DNA from: Candidatus Sericytochromatia bacterium
GTDB lineage: Bacteria; Cyanobacteriota; Sericytochromatia; S15B-MN24; VGJW01
Direction of reading: 5' to 3'
Assembly: GCA_035285865.1 (NCBI GenBank)
Contig: JAYKHS010000028.1
Location: 1 to 64,000 of the forward strand
Length of the DNA stretch: 64,000 nucleotides
The position numbers and the translations under genes are program-made. The notes under the pieces are model-generated. The model was not told where the DNA came from and did not search any database. It was given only the letters and a program-made list of their open reading frames with translations. Shown piece after piece: positions 55,093 to 64,000 of this stretch. Each line of letters starts with the position of its first letter. Position 1 is the stretch's first letter.

Positions 55093-55934
55093 CCTCTTCT
55101 CCCGTCCGCTGGACGCCCCCCGGTCTGCGCTTCGCGCGCCTTGCCAGCCGCCTCCTGGGGCGGCGTTTCCCGGGGTTGGTGGCGCAGGTGGCTCGTCGCG
55201 GCTTCCTGATGCCTCGGCGCTTGCCTGCACGGGAATGGGAGCTGGCCGGAATCGGCTGTGGTCAGCCCTTCGAGTTTCTGCCCGGCCTGGCCGGCCTGCG
55301 TTGGCCGGCCGCGGGGCCCCGCATCCTGTGCATTCATGGCTGGGAAGGGCGGTCGAGCCACTTTGTCGCCATCGCGGAGCGTCTGGCCGAATGCGGCTTC
55401 GACGTGATGTCGCTGGATGGCCCCGGCCACGGCCGCTCGGCTGGCAAGTTGGCCCATCCCGTGGCGTTTGCCGAAGCCTTGCTTGCGGTCGATGCGGTCC
55501 ATGGGCCTTTTCACGCCGCAATCGGGCATTCGATGGGGGTCTCTGCCCTGCTCTACGCGCGGATGCTCGGCTTGCGGATCGATCGCATGGTCTGCCTGGC
55601 CGGTCCTCTGCGCGCAGCCGAGGTCCTTGAGCGATTCATGGACATGATGGAACTGGTCACGCCGGCACGGGAGCGGTTCGTGGCGATGGTGGAGAAGCTC
55701 GTGCGCCAGCCCGCGTCTTTGCTCGAGCTCGACCTGCTGGCGCCTCATCTGGGCGTTCCCGGGCTGATCGTGCACGGGACGGCCGACCCCGATGTTCCCT
55801 GGACCGACTCCGAGCAGTTGGCTGCTGCCTGGCCCGATTCGGACCTGATGTTGCTCGAGGGCTTCGGCCATCGCCGCATTTTGCGCGAGGAGGCCGTGCT
55901 GGATCGCATCGAGGCGTTCCTGCAACTGGCGTGA
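55068..55934 (+). CDS. Alpha/beta hydrolase (start uncertain: 55068 GTG inside the tRNA, or 55209 ATG)
   Basis: IHGWEG, DGPGHGRS, GHSMG, VHGTAD, GFGHRRIL. Confidence 0.85.
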   Translation: MGSTPTTPTSSPVRWTPPGLRFARLASRLLGRRFPGLVAQVARRGFLMPRRLPAREWELAGIGCGQPFEFLPGLAGLRWPAAGPRILCIHGWEGRSSHFVAIAERLAECGFDVMSLDGPGHGRSAGKLAHPVAFAEALLAVDAVHGPFHAAIGHSMGVSALLYARMLGLRIDRMVCLAGPLRAAEVLERFMDMMELVTPARERFVAMVEKLVRQPASLLELDLLAPHLGVPGLIVHGTADPDVPWTDSEQLAAAWPDSDLMLLEGFGHRRILREEAVLDRIEAFLQLA

Positions 55935-55946
55935 GGGAGGGTGCTG

Positions 55947-56981
55947 ATGCGCAAGGCCGAGGGCAGTCGATTCTGGCGTCTCTTCACCATCGTGCAGTTG
56001 CTGCTCGTGAAGCCTCGCTGGTTCCGGGACCTGTTGGCGGACCTCGAAGGTGAAGGGTACCCGGTGGCCGAGAGCACGCTGGGAGAGGACCTTGCCGAGT
56101 TGGCCAGGATGGGCTGGCTGACCCCTCCGGGGCGTGGGTCCGGCAAACCGTACGCGTTGTGTCTGGAGCACGTGCCGCTGTTCCTGCCGGCCCAGGATTC
56201 GTTGTTCCTGCGACAAGCCGTCGAGCTCGCCGGACCCCCGGCTGCGATCCTGAGCGAACGCCTCAAGGCGGTTCTCAAGCGCGTGCCGACGCCTGTTCGA
56301 AAGCGGAACAAGGCCCTGGTCTGGCGCCCGCATGACCCTCGACCGGACAAGTCCCGTCCGGATATCCTGCTCAGTTTGCTGGGCCCGATGGGCGAGGGGC
56401 ATCAGTTCCGGTTCCGATACGCCTCCCCGACCCGACGCGAGGATCCGGTCTGGTACAGGGCTACGGCGGCCCGGTTCGTCAACGTTGATGGGGCGCTCTG
56501 TATCGTGGCGTGCGTTCCTGACCTGCCGACGCGGGATGCCGAGGGATGCGTGCCCGTCGAGCGCCGGGGCTCCCCCATCCAGCGCGAGTTCCGCCTCGAT
56601 CGCATCCAGGAAGTGCGGGAGATCGGGGGGAGGCCGGCTCCTTCCATGCGCATGGAAGACCTCGAGCCGTGTCGCTTCCTGTATCTCGTTTCCGAAAGCT
56701 TCCTGAGAATCTGGGCACCGCCACAGAATCATCGGCTGCTGGATCCTGCCGACGTCGGCGGGCTGGTCTGTCCGGCCGGGTGGAAGGTCTACCTCGGCGA
56801 ATCCGTTTCAGCTTTTCGTGCCGCCCGATGGCTGGTGGAGAAGGGCGACGGGGTCTTCGTTCCCGACCTGCCCGCACCTTACGAACCGGCAGGCCAGACC
56901 GGCGAAGTGCGGCAGGTGCTTGCGGAGCATGCGCGCAAGATTGCGGCTCTTTATGCCGGCAGCGATCCGCTGCCGTCGTAG
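55947..56981 (+). CDS. WYL-domain transcriptional regulator (HTH-WYL-WCX-like)
   Basis: HTH-like VAESTLGEDLAEL; FRFRYAS; REFRLDRIQEV WYL signature; C-terminal WLVEKGDGV..VRQVLAEHARKIAALY. Confidence 0.75.
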   Translation: MRKAEGSRFWRLFTIVQLLLVKPRWFRDLLADLEGEGYPVAESTLGEDLAELARMGWLTPPGRGSGKPYALCLEHVPLFLPAQDSLFLRQAVELAGPPAAILSERLKAVLKRVPTPVRKRNKALVWRPHDPRPDKSRPDILLSLLGPMGEGHQFRFRYASPTRREDPVWYRATAARFVNVDGALCIVACVPDLPTRDAEGCVPVERRGSPIQREFRLDRIQEVREIGGRPAPSMRMEDLEPCRFLYLVSESFLRIWAPPQNHRLLDPADVGGLVCPAGWKVYLGESVSAFRAARWLVEKGDGVFVPDLPAPYEPAGQTGEVRQVLAEHARKIAALYAGSDPLPS

Positions 56982-57057
56982 AACCCTGAAAACGCGGAGT
57001 CATGTGCGCTGCCGGGCACGCATGCTGGGGCTGTGACCCTTGGTGTCCGGAGGCAAC

Positions 57058-59010
57058 ATGTCCGACTCAACCCCGCGCCGTTCGCGCCCGGCTGCCGCCG
57101 AATCACCGGATGCGTGGCTGGATCTGCTGACCCGCCTCGTCCATCTCGACCTGCGCTGCCTTGGTATCCGGCGCGAGCTTCGACGACAGGCAGAGGCGCT
57201 CCAGATGGGAGACCTGCGGGCACCTGCACGAGCTGCGGGGCCGCTGCGAGATGAGCTGTCGGCGCTCGAGGCCGATGCCGTTCATCTGCGCCAGCTTCTG
57301 CCCGAGCAGCCTCGGCTCGAGCGTCTGCTCGAATACCTGGGGCTGGGGGACGATGGCCGTCACCTGCTCCACCTCATGTTGGTGTGGGATCGCATCGAGG
57401 CTCGCTCCATGGTCCTGTCCCAACTCGGGCCGCTGCGGCGTGCCGGCCGCGCGGCACATCTTCGGTCCGACCATCTCGTCGTCTGGCTGGATCGGGGTGG
57501 TCCGCCGACTGGACGCCACGCCACCCTGCTGCACGCAGACCATCCGATCTGGGCCTCGGGCGTAGTCGAGCAGAATCGCTCGGGCGTGCATATGTCCGAC
57601 ATCGTCAGGACGTGGTTGCTCGGGGCGGATTGTCCGGGCTTGACTGTGATGCGCCGCATCGGCCGTCCGGGTTCCGGGTTGCCGGGCCGTCTCGTCGTCG
57701 GTTTGCGGGAGTTGCTCTCGGGGGCCGGACCGCTCGTGCCCGTGGTCCATCTGCAGGGCTTCGCCGCAGAGCGCGCCGAACAGTTGCTGCGTTCTGCCTG
57801 GCGTGGCGTCACGGTCGTCCGGCTCGACTGGACCGTGCGTCCTGATTTCACCGCAGCTGGCCTTGCCGCGCCCGTGCGCGAGGCATGGGTCCACGCGGCG
57901 CCCTTGGTCGTGCTGCTGCCGGCATGTCCGCGCACCGGGTCCGATCGGCAGACCATCCAGGACGTCATCCGATTCCAGATCGAGGCCCGAAGGCTCGCGG
58001 TTCCCCTGGTCCTCGTGACGCCTCCGGGTGGCATCTCGTTCCTGCCCCTGCTGCCACACGCCGCGACGCTTCTGCCCGAGTCCGGGGGTTCGCGGTCCGG
58101 CCTCCGCGACCACGCTGCGCGTCCCGTCCCGGATGCACGCCGGCAGGCGTATCCGTTCGAGGAGGGTCCTGCGGTGGCCACCCGGACTGGGCGCAAGCGT
58201 CGTCCTGCGCGCCCCGTGGCTGCAGAGGGCCCGACGCTCGCGTCTCTCGTCCTCGCACCGGATCTGCGCGAACAGGTGGAAGAGTTGTGCTTTGCCGCCA
58301 GGGCCGGGGCCGAAAGGCTGTCGGCCGTGCGCCTCGGACCTGCCCCGTGGGGCAAGGCCGTGGTGGCGCTGTTCGCCGGCCCCCCGGGGACGGGCAAGAC
58401 GCTGCTGGCGACCGCGCTTGCCCAGCACTTGGGGCGACCGCTTGTGACCCGGACGCTGGGGCAACTGCTGGACAAGTTCGTCGGTGAGTCCGAGAAGCAG
58501 GTCGAGGCTCTGTTCTCGGAGGCACGCGAGCAAAATGCCGTGCTCTTCCTCGACGAAGTCGATGCCATGCTGGCTGCCCGTGGGGGGCACGCGCTACAGC
58601 GTCACGATGACCGCCTGGTCAACCACCTCCTCGTTCTCCTCGAGGCGCATGAAGGCCTCGTGCTCATGGCCACGAACCGTGCGGACATCCTCGATGAGGC
58701 CGTGCGCAGGCGCGTGATGTTCACGCTGACGTTCCGAGACCCCGGACCCGTGGAGGTCGAGGCGCTTTGGCGCCTTCATCTCGCACACCCGGACCTGCCG
58801 CTGGCCCCGGACCTGGACTTGACCGGCCTCGCCAGACGCTATCCCTTGCGGGGCGGCTATATCCTGCAAGCCTGCCGCAAGGCGGCCATACGTGGAGCGA
58901 TGCGCGGCGAGACCATCGATCAGGCCATGCTCGAACATCTGGCTGCCGAGGCCTTTCAGCAGGCGGGAACGGGACGCGGCCGGCCGATGGGGTTCGGCCG
59001 GGGCGCCTGA
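57058..59010 (+). CDS. AAA+ ATPase with long N-terminal region
   Basis: GGAGG RBS; Walker A GPPGTGKT, KFVGESEK, Walker B LFLDEVD, ATNR..LDEAVRRR, GGYI; C-terminal MGF. Confidence 0.85.
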   Translation: MSDSTPRRSRPAAAESPDAWLDLLTRLVHLDLRCLGIRRELRRQAEALQMGDLRAPARAAGPLRDELSALEADAVHLRQLLPEQPRLERLLEYLGLGDDGRHLLHLMLVWDRIEARSMVLSQLGPLRRAGRAAHLRSDHLVVWLDRGGPPTGRHATLLHADHPIWASGVVEQNRSGVHMSDIVRTWLLGADCPGLTVMRRIGRPGSGLPGRLVVGLRELLSGAGPLVPVVHLQGFAAERAEQLLRSAWRGVTVVRLDWTVRPDFTAAGLAAPVREAWVHAAPLVVLLPACPRTGSDRQTIQDVIRFQIEARRLAVPLVLVTPPGGISFLPLLPHAATLLPESGGSRSGLRDHAARPVPDARRQAYPFEEGPAVATRTGRKRRPARPVAAEGPTLASLVLAPDLREQVEELCFAARAGAERLSAVRLGPAPWGKAVVALFAGPPGTGKTLLATALAQHLGRPLVTRTLGQLLDKFVGESEKQVEALFSEAREQNAVLFLDEVDAMLAARGGHALQRHDDRLVNHLLVLLEAHEGLVLMATNRADILDEAVRRRVMFTLTFRDPGPVEVEALWRLHLAHPDLPLAPDLDLTGLARRYPLRGGYILQACRKAAIRGAMRGETIDQAMLEHLAAEAFQQAGTGRGRPMGFGRGA

Positions 59011-59012
59011 GC

Positions 59013-59900
<888 letters not shown>

Positions 59901-60039
59901 GGCTTTGCTCCGCAAGGCTCGGACCCGAATGGGCCCCCATGACCTCAGATTCGGCCGGGATGCGGTTTTCTTGAGTCTAAAGGCTGCTACAATCCGCCTC
60001 GGGTGACCGCCATCACGCTTGCCGTCACGCCGCGAGGGG

Positions 60040-61317
60040 GTGAGGGCCATCGGCGAGGAGAAGACCGAGCCCGCGACAGACCACAAGCGCCAGGAAGCGC
60101 GTCAGCGTGGTCAGGTCCTCAAGAGCCAGGACGTCATCATCGCCGTGCTGCTTTTTGCCGTGGCCTACAGCCTCGGGGCGCTGGGCGGTTTCTGGTACAA
60201 GACCCTTTACGGCTACGTCCTCGAGACCATCGAGTCTGTTCCTTCCCATGCCGCACTCGACTTCAACCTTGCGATGCGGCTCGTAGGCAAGGGCCTGCTG
60301 GTCGTCTTCATGTGCTCGGCTCCGATTGCCGCCATCGCATTCCTGATGACGTGGCTGGCGAACCTGCTGCAGGTCGGCGTGCTGTTCACCACCAAGCCCC
60401 TGTCCTTCGAAGAGGGCATCAAGAAGCTCAACCCGATCGCCGGCTTCAAGAAGATCTTCTCGATGAAGCAGGTCATCGAGGTTATCAAGGCCTTCGTCAA
60501 GATCATCGTGATCGGCTGGGTGATCTATGGCGTCATCCGCGATGCACTCGGCGTCATCCTGAGGTCGACGGAGATGCATCCCGCAGGGGCTCTGGGCTTT
60601 GCCGGAACCCTGATCGAGGCCATCGGCAAGAAGGTGGCTCTCGCCATGGTGCTGATTGCCGTCCTCGACTACTTCCTGCAGCGCTGGCAGTACGAGAAGT
60701 CGCTGCGCATGAGCCACAAGGAGATCAAGGAGGAATACAAGAAGCTCGAGGGGGATCCCCTGGTGAAGGCCCGTCAGCGCCAGAAGCAGATGGAGATGGC
60801 CATGAGCGCGATGCGGGGCAATGTCGAGATGGCCGATGTCGTGGTCACGAACCCCACGCACCTTGCCGTTGCCTTGGCCTACAAGCCCACGCAAGGCATC
60901 CGGACGCCCAGGGTCGTCGCCAAGGGCCAGGACAGGGCGGCACTTGAGATCCGGCGCATCGCGCAGGAGAACTTCATCCTCGTGGTCGAGGACATCGACG
61001 TGGCCCGGACGCTCTATGGTCAAGTCAAGGTCGACCAGGACATCCCTCCCGAACTCTTCCAGGCGGTGGCAAAGATCATCGCGCTGCTCTTCAAGGGGCG
61101 GCGACGTCCTGGCCCCGTGCGGCCGGGTGCCGCTGCCCCGCCACCGGCACCGACCGCCATCGACTTTCTGGGTTCGGGGCCTCGGCTTGACGAGGCCGAA
61201 GTGGCGGCCATGGCCGACGCAGCGCAACGCGAACTTGAGCGCATGGCCCGGGAGCAGGAGAGCCTGCGTCTGCCCCCCCCGGACGATGGACCGACATCGC
61301 CCGGCGTTCCGGTGTGA
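60040..61317 (+). CDS. flhB: Flagellar export substrate-specificity protein FlhB
   Basis: EKTEPAT..AR.RGQV, LNP..GFK, EGDP, NPTH autocleavage motif, AKG. Confidence 0.93.
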   Translation: MRAIGEEKTEPATDHKRQEARQRGQVLKSQDVIIAVLLFAVAYSLGALGGFWYKTLYGYVLETIESVPSHAALDFNLAMRLVGKGLLVVFMCSAPIAAIAFLMTWLANLLQVGVLFTTKPLSFEEGIKKLNPIAGFKKIFSMKQVIEVIKAFVKIIVIGWVIYGVIRDALGVILRSTEMHPAGALGFAGTLIEAIGKKVALAMVLIAVLDYFLQRWQYEKSLRMSHKEIKEEYKKLEGDPLVKARQRQKQMEMAMSAMRGNVEMADVVVTNPTHLAVALAYKPTQGIRTPRVVAKGQDRAALEIRRIAQENFILVVEDIDVARTLYGQVKVDQDIPPELFQAVAKIIALLFKGRRRPGPVRPGAAAPPPAPTAIDFLGSGPRLDEAEVAAMADAAQRELERMAREQESLRLPPPDDGPTSPGVPV

Positions 61318-61392
61318 GCAGGTGAGGCGAGGGGTAGGGAACCCCTAGTCCTTCCGGTTCGTCATCGGGTGGAAGGGTGGAGGTTTCCGAAG

Positions 61393-62517
61393 ATGCACCT
61401 CTTGCGCAGGTCCCTGTTGTCCGCTCTGTTTGCCGCAGGCCTCGGGGTTTCCAATGCCGGCCCCGCCTGGGCCGGGCAGCTCGCGGACGCACGTCGCCAC
61501 ATCGAGCGCGAGGACTACAGACGGGCCATCGACGTCCTTGCCGAGTACACTCAGAAGTTTCCCAATGAGCCCCGGGGCTGGGCGCTGCTCGCCGACTGCT
61601 ACCAAGGCATCTTTCCCCCGCGGGTCTCGGATGCCGAGGATGCCTTGAACCGGAAGGCCGCCGCCGAGAACAAGCGCAGCGCCATCTATCAGAGCTTCCA
61701 GAAGCTGGAGGCATCCGCGCTGTATCAGAAGATGATCAAGGACGATCCGGAAGATCCGGTGGCGAACCTGCTGCTGGCGATTGCCCTCGTGGTGAATGAC
61801 CGCGATGGCAATCGAGCCAAGGTTCAATTGGAGCGTTTCCTTGAGTTGGGGGGGGCGTCGGCCGATCTCGCGGACGCCGCGCTGGGCGCCCAAGGTCTGG
61901 TTTACACCGCGACCAAGCAGTGGGATGAGGCGCGCCTTGCTTATGAGCGCCTGAAGCAGCGCACGGGCAGCACCTTTGCCATGGTCAAGCTGCGTGAGGT
62001 GAGCCGGCTCGAGGCCGAAGATCGGGACGCCCGGTATGCGGCTGCAAACGACCCCGCGCGGGTGGCGGAGCGGCGCTACCTCCAGCTGATCGAGGGTGCC
62101 AAGGGCCTGATTGCCGAGGGCAACAGCTCGGGGGCGGTAGACCTGCTGGAAGAGGCTGTCAAGCTGCGTCCGGAGGGCAAGGAGGCACCTCCGCTTCTGG
62201 ACGAGGCTCGCATCCAGGGTGCCAAGGAGATGTTTGCCAAGGGCAAGCAGCTGACGGACGACAGCAAGTACGCCCAGGCATACGGATGTTTCGAACGGGC
62301 CATCCAGCTCGATCCGACCAACGAGGATGCCGTGCTCGGCTTGAAGCACGTTCAGAAGAGCCTGTCGGAGCTCGAGGGTCCCAAGGTGGTTCGGCGGATC
62401 ATCAGTGCGACGGAAAGCGTCGAGGCCTCCGCTTCCGTTCCGCCCTCTCCCTCCGTGGTGGTGACGCCACCGGCCAAGCCGCCCGCGAAGGGGCCGGCCA
62501 AGCCGGCGGGCAAGTAG
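61393..62517 (+). CDS. Secreted TPR-repeat protein
   Basis: GGAGG RBS; signal peptide ending AWA; multiple TPR helices; Pro/Lys-rich tail. Confidence 0.8.
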   Translation: MHLLRRSLLSALFAAGLGVSNAGPAWAGQLADARRHIEREDYRRAIDVLAEYTQKFPNEPRGWALLADCYQGIFPPRVSDAEDALNRKAAAENKRSAIYQSFQKLEASALYQKMIKDDPEDPVANLLLAIALVVNDRDGNRAKVQLERFLELGGASADLADAALGAQGLVYTATKQWDEARLAYERLKQRTGSTFAMVKLREVSRLEAEDRDARYAAANDPARVAERRYLQLIEGAKGLIAEGNSSGAVDLLEEAVKLRPEGKEAPPLLDEARIQGAKEMFAKGKQLTDDSKYAQAYGCFERAIQLDPTNEDAVLGLKHVQKSLSELEGPKVVRRIISATESVEASASVPPSPSVVVTPPAKPPAKGPAKPAGK

Positions 62518-62524
62518 ACAGGAC

Positions 62525-62559
62525 CGTTGGCCCGGTGGCCTTCCGTCACCGGGCCAACG
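62525..62559. terminator. Bidirectional hairpin between convergent genes
   Basis: CGTTGGCCCGGTG-N9-CACCGGGCCAACG. Confidence 0.65.
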
Positions 62560-62570
62560 ACCTCCTGCGT

Positions 62571-64000
62571 TCAGCGTTGGGCTGCTGCGGTGCCTTCGGC
62601 TTCAATGACGGCATGTGCCGCCGCCAGCCGGGCGATGGGTACCCGGTAGGGCGAGCAGCTCACGTAGTCGAGGCCCAGGCCGTGGGCAAAGGCGATCGAG
62701 GCGGGATCGCCCCCGTGTTCGCCGCAGATGCCCGTCTTGAGGTTCGCGCGCGTGGCCTTGCCGCCCTGCATCGCGAACCGCATCAACTGGCCCACGCCTT
62801 CCGTGTCCAGGACCTGGAAGGGGTTCGCGGGCAGCAGCTTGTGCTCCAGGTAATGGAACAGGAAGCTGCGCTCGGCGTCATCACGCGAGTAGCCCCAGGT
62901 CATCTGTGTCAGGTCGTTCGTGCCGAAGCTGAAGAACTCGGCATCCTCGGCCAGTGTGCCGGCGACGAGCGCTGCGCGCGGCACCTCAATCATCGTGCCG
63001 AACAGCACGGGCACCGTCATGCCACGGCGCGCCTGGACCTCGGCCGCCACCTGCTCGAGCTGGGCCTTGGCAGCTTTGAGCTCGGCAGGGTGGCCGACGA
63101 GCGGCACCATGATCTCGGGCGCGCAGCGCAGACCTTCGGTCAGGACATCACAGGCCGCATCGAGGATGGCCCGCACCTGCATCGTGTTGATGTCGGGGCG
63201 CGTGATGCCGAGTCGGCATCCCCTGAGGCCCATCATCGGGTTGACCTCGTGCATGGACTCGATCTGGCGAAGCATCCGCTGCTTTTCGGTGATCTCGTGG
63301 GCCGGGGCGCCGACGGCACGCAGGGCCGAGAGTTCCTCGTGCAACTTCGTCGCGTTGGGCAGGAACTCATGCAGCGGGGGGTCGAGCAGGCGGATGGTGA
63401 CAGGGTAGCCCTGCATCGCCCGGAAGATGCCCACGAAGTCCTGGCGCTGGAAGCCTTCCAGCGTGGCGAGGGCTGCCTGGCGCTCCTTCTCGGTGGCGCC
63501 CAGGATCATCTGCTGGACCACGGGCAGCCTGTCCGGGGCGAAGAACATGTGCTCCGACCGGCACAGGCCGATGCCCTCTGCACCGAATGCCCGCGCGCGC
63601 TCGGCGTCGTCCGGCGTATCGGCGTTCGCCCGAACCCCGAGGCGACGGGTCTCGTCAGCCCAGCGCATGATCTGCTGGAACTCGGTGCTGGGCTCCGGGG
63701 GAAGGGTCGGAACCAGGCCCCTGAGGACCTCTCCCGTCTCGCCGTTGATGGAGACGGCATCCCCCTTGTGCAGCACGGTGCCGTCCGGACACGTCAGGGT
63801 TCCTGCCTGCACGTCCACTTGCAGGGCTTCGCAGCCGACGACGCAGGGCTTGCCCATTCCCCGGGCGACGACGGCAGCATGGCTGGTGTTGCCACCGCGG
63901 CTCGTCAGCACGCCCTTGGCGGAGATCATGCCGTGGATGTCGTCCGGACAGGTCTCGGGCCTGACGAGGATGACCCCCTTGCCTTTCTCGGCCCACGCCA
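62571..64000 (-). CDS. ppdK: Pyruvate, phosphate dikinase, C-terminal part; begins beyond the window
   Basis: GGNTSHAAVVARG, GIGLCRSEHMF, NPMMGLRG, EFFSFGTNDLTQ, GICGEHGG. Confidence 0.96.
   Translation of the reverse strand, partial: AWAEKGKGVILVRPETCPDDIHGMISAKGVLTSRGGNTSHAAVVARGMGKPCVVGCEALQVDVQAGTLTCPDGTVLHKGDAVSINGETGEVLRGLVPTLPPEPSTEFQQIMRWADETRRLGVRANADTPDDAERARAFGAEGIGLCRSEHMFFAPDRLPVVQQMILGATEKERQAALATLEGFQRQDFVGIFRAMQGYPVTIRLLDPPLHEFLPNATKLHEELSALRAVGAPAHEITEKQRMLRQIESMHEVNPMMGLRGCRLGITRPDINTMQVRAILDAACDVLTEGLRCAPEIMVPLVGHPAELKAAKAQLEQVAAEVQARRGMTVPVLFGTMIEVPRAALVAGTLAEDAEFFSFGTNDLTQMTWGYSRDDAERSFLFHYLEHKLLPANPFQVLDTEGVGQLMRFAMQGGKATRANLKTGICGEHGGDPASIAFAHGLGLDYVSCSPYRVPIARLAAAHAVIEAEGTAAAQR

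Noticed and set aside
57058..59010. AAA+ ATPase as part of a contractile injection system (Afp15-like)
   Set aside because: No sheath, tube, baseplate or spike genes in the window

Overview
GC-rich bacterial chromosomal window with about 65 CDS, one tRNA-Leu(CAA) and one compact cobalamin riboswitch; no rRNA, CRISPR array or transposase was seen. Lipoproteins with (G/A)LISNSAG repeats tentatively suggest Candidatus Sericytochromatia (inference only). Housekeeping genes include queC, recJ, motB-motA, hemJ, msrA, selO, xerD, flhB and ppdK. The notable accessory loci are: (i) a CsoR/CstR-family sulfur-handling cluster (TusA, two DsrE, YeiH, split YeeE, TsdA-like cytochrome, rhodanese-persulfide dioxygenase) with four TACC-N7-GGTA-type operators; (ii) a four-gene operon (TPR protein, small orphan, DUF2791/BrxD-like ATPase, Lhr-like helicase) resembling Shango without a recognisable TerB protein and preceded by a GAAC-N4-GTTC LexA-type box, with a second such box before a DUF4258-alkB pair; (iii) a B12 locus (riboswitch, btuB, beta-propeller lipoprotein) downstream of a B12-radical SAM gene, a YD-repeat gene and two paralogous small ORFs; (iv) a WYL regulator plus AAA+ ATPase pair after the tRNA. 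All calls come from reading motifs by eye; no database searches were run.
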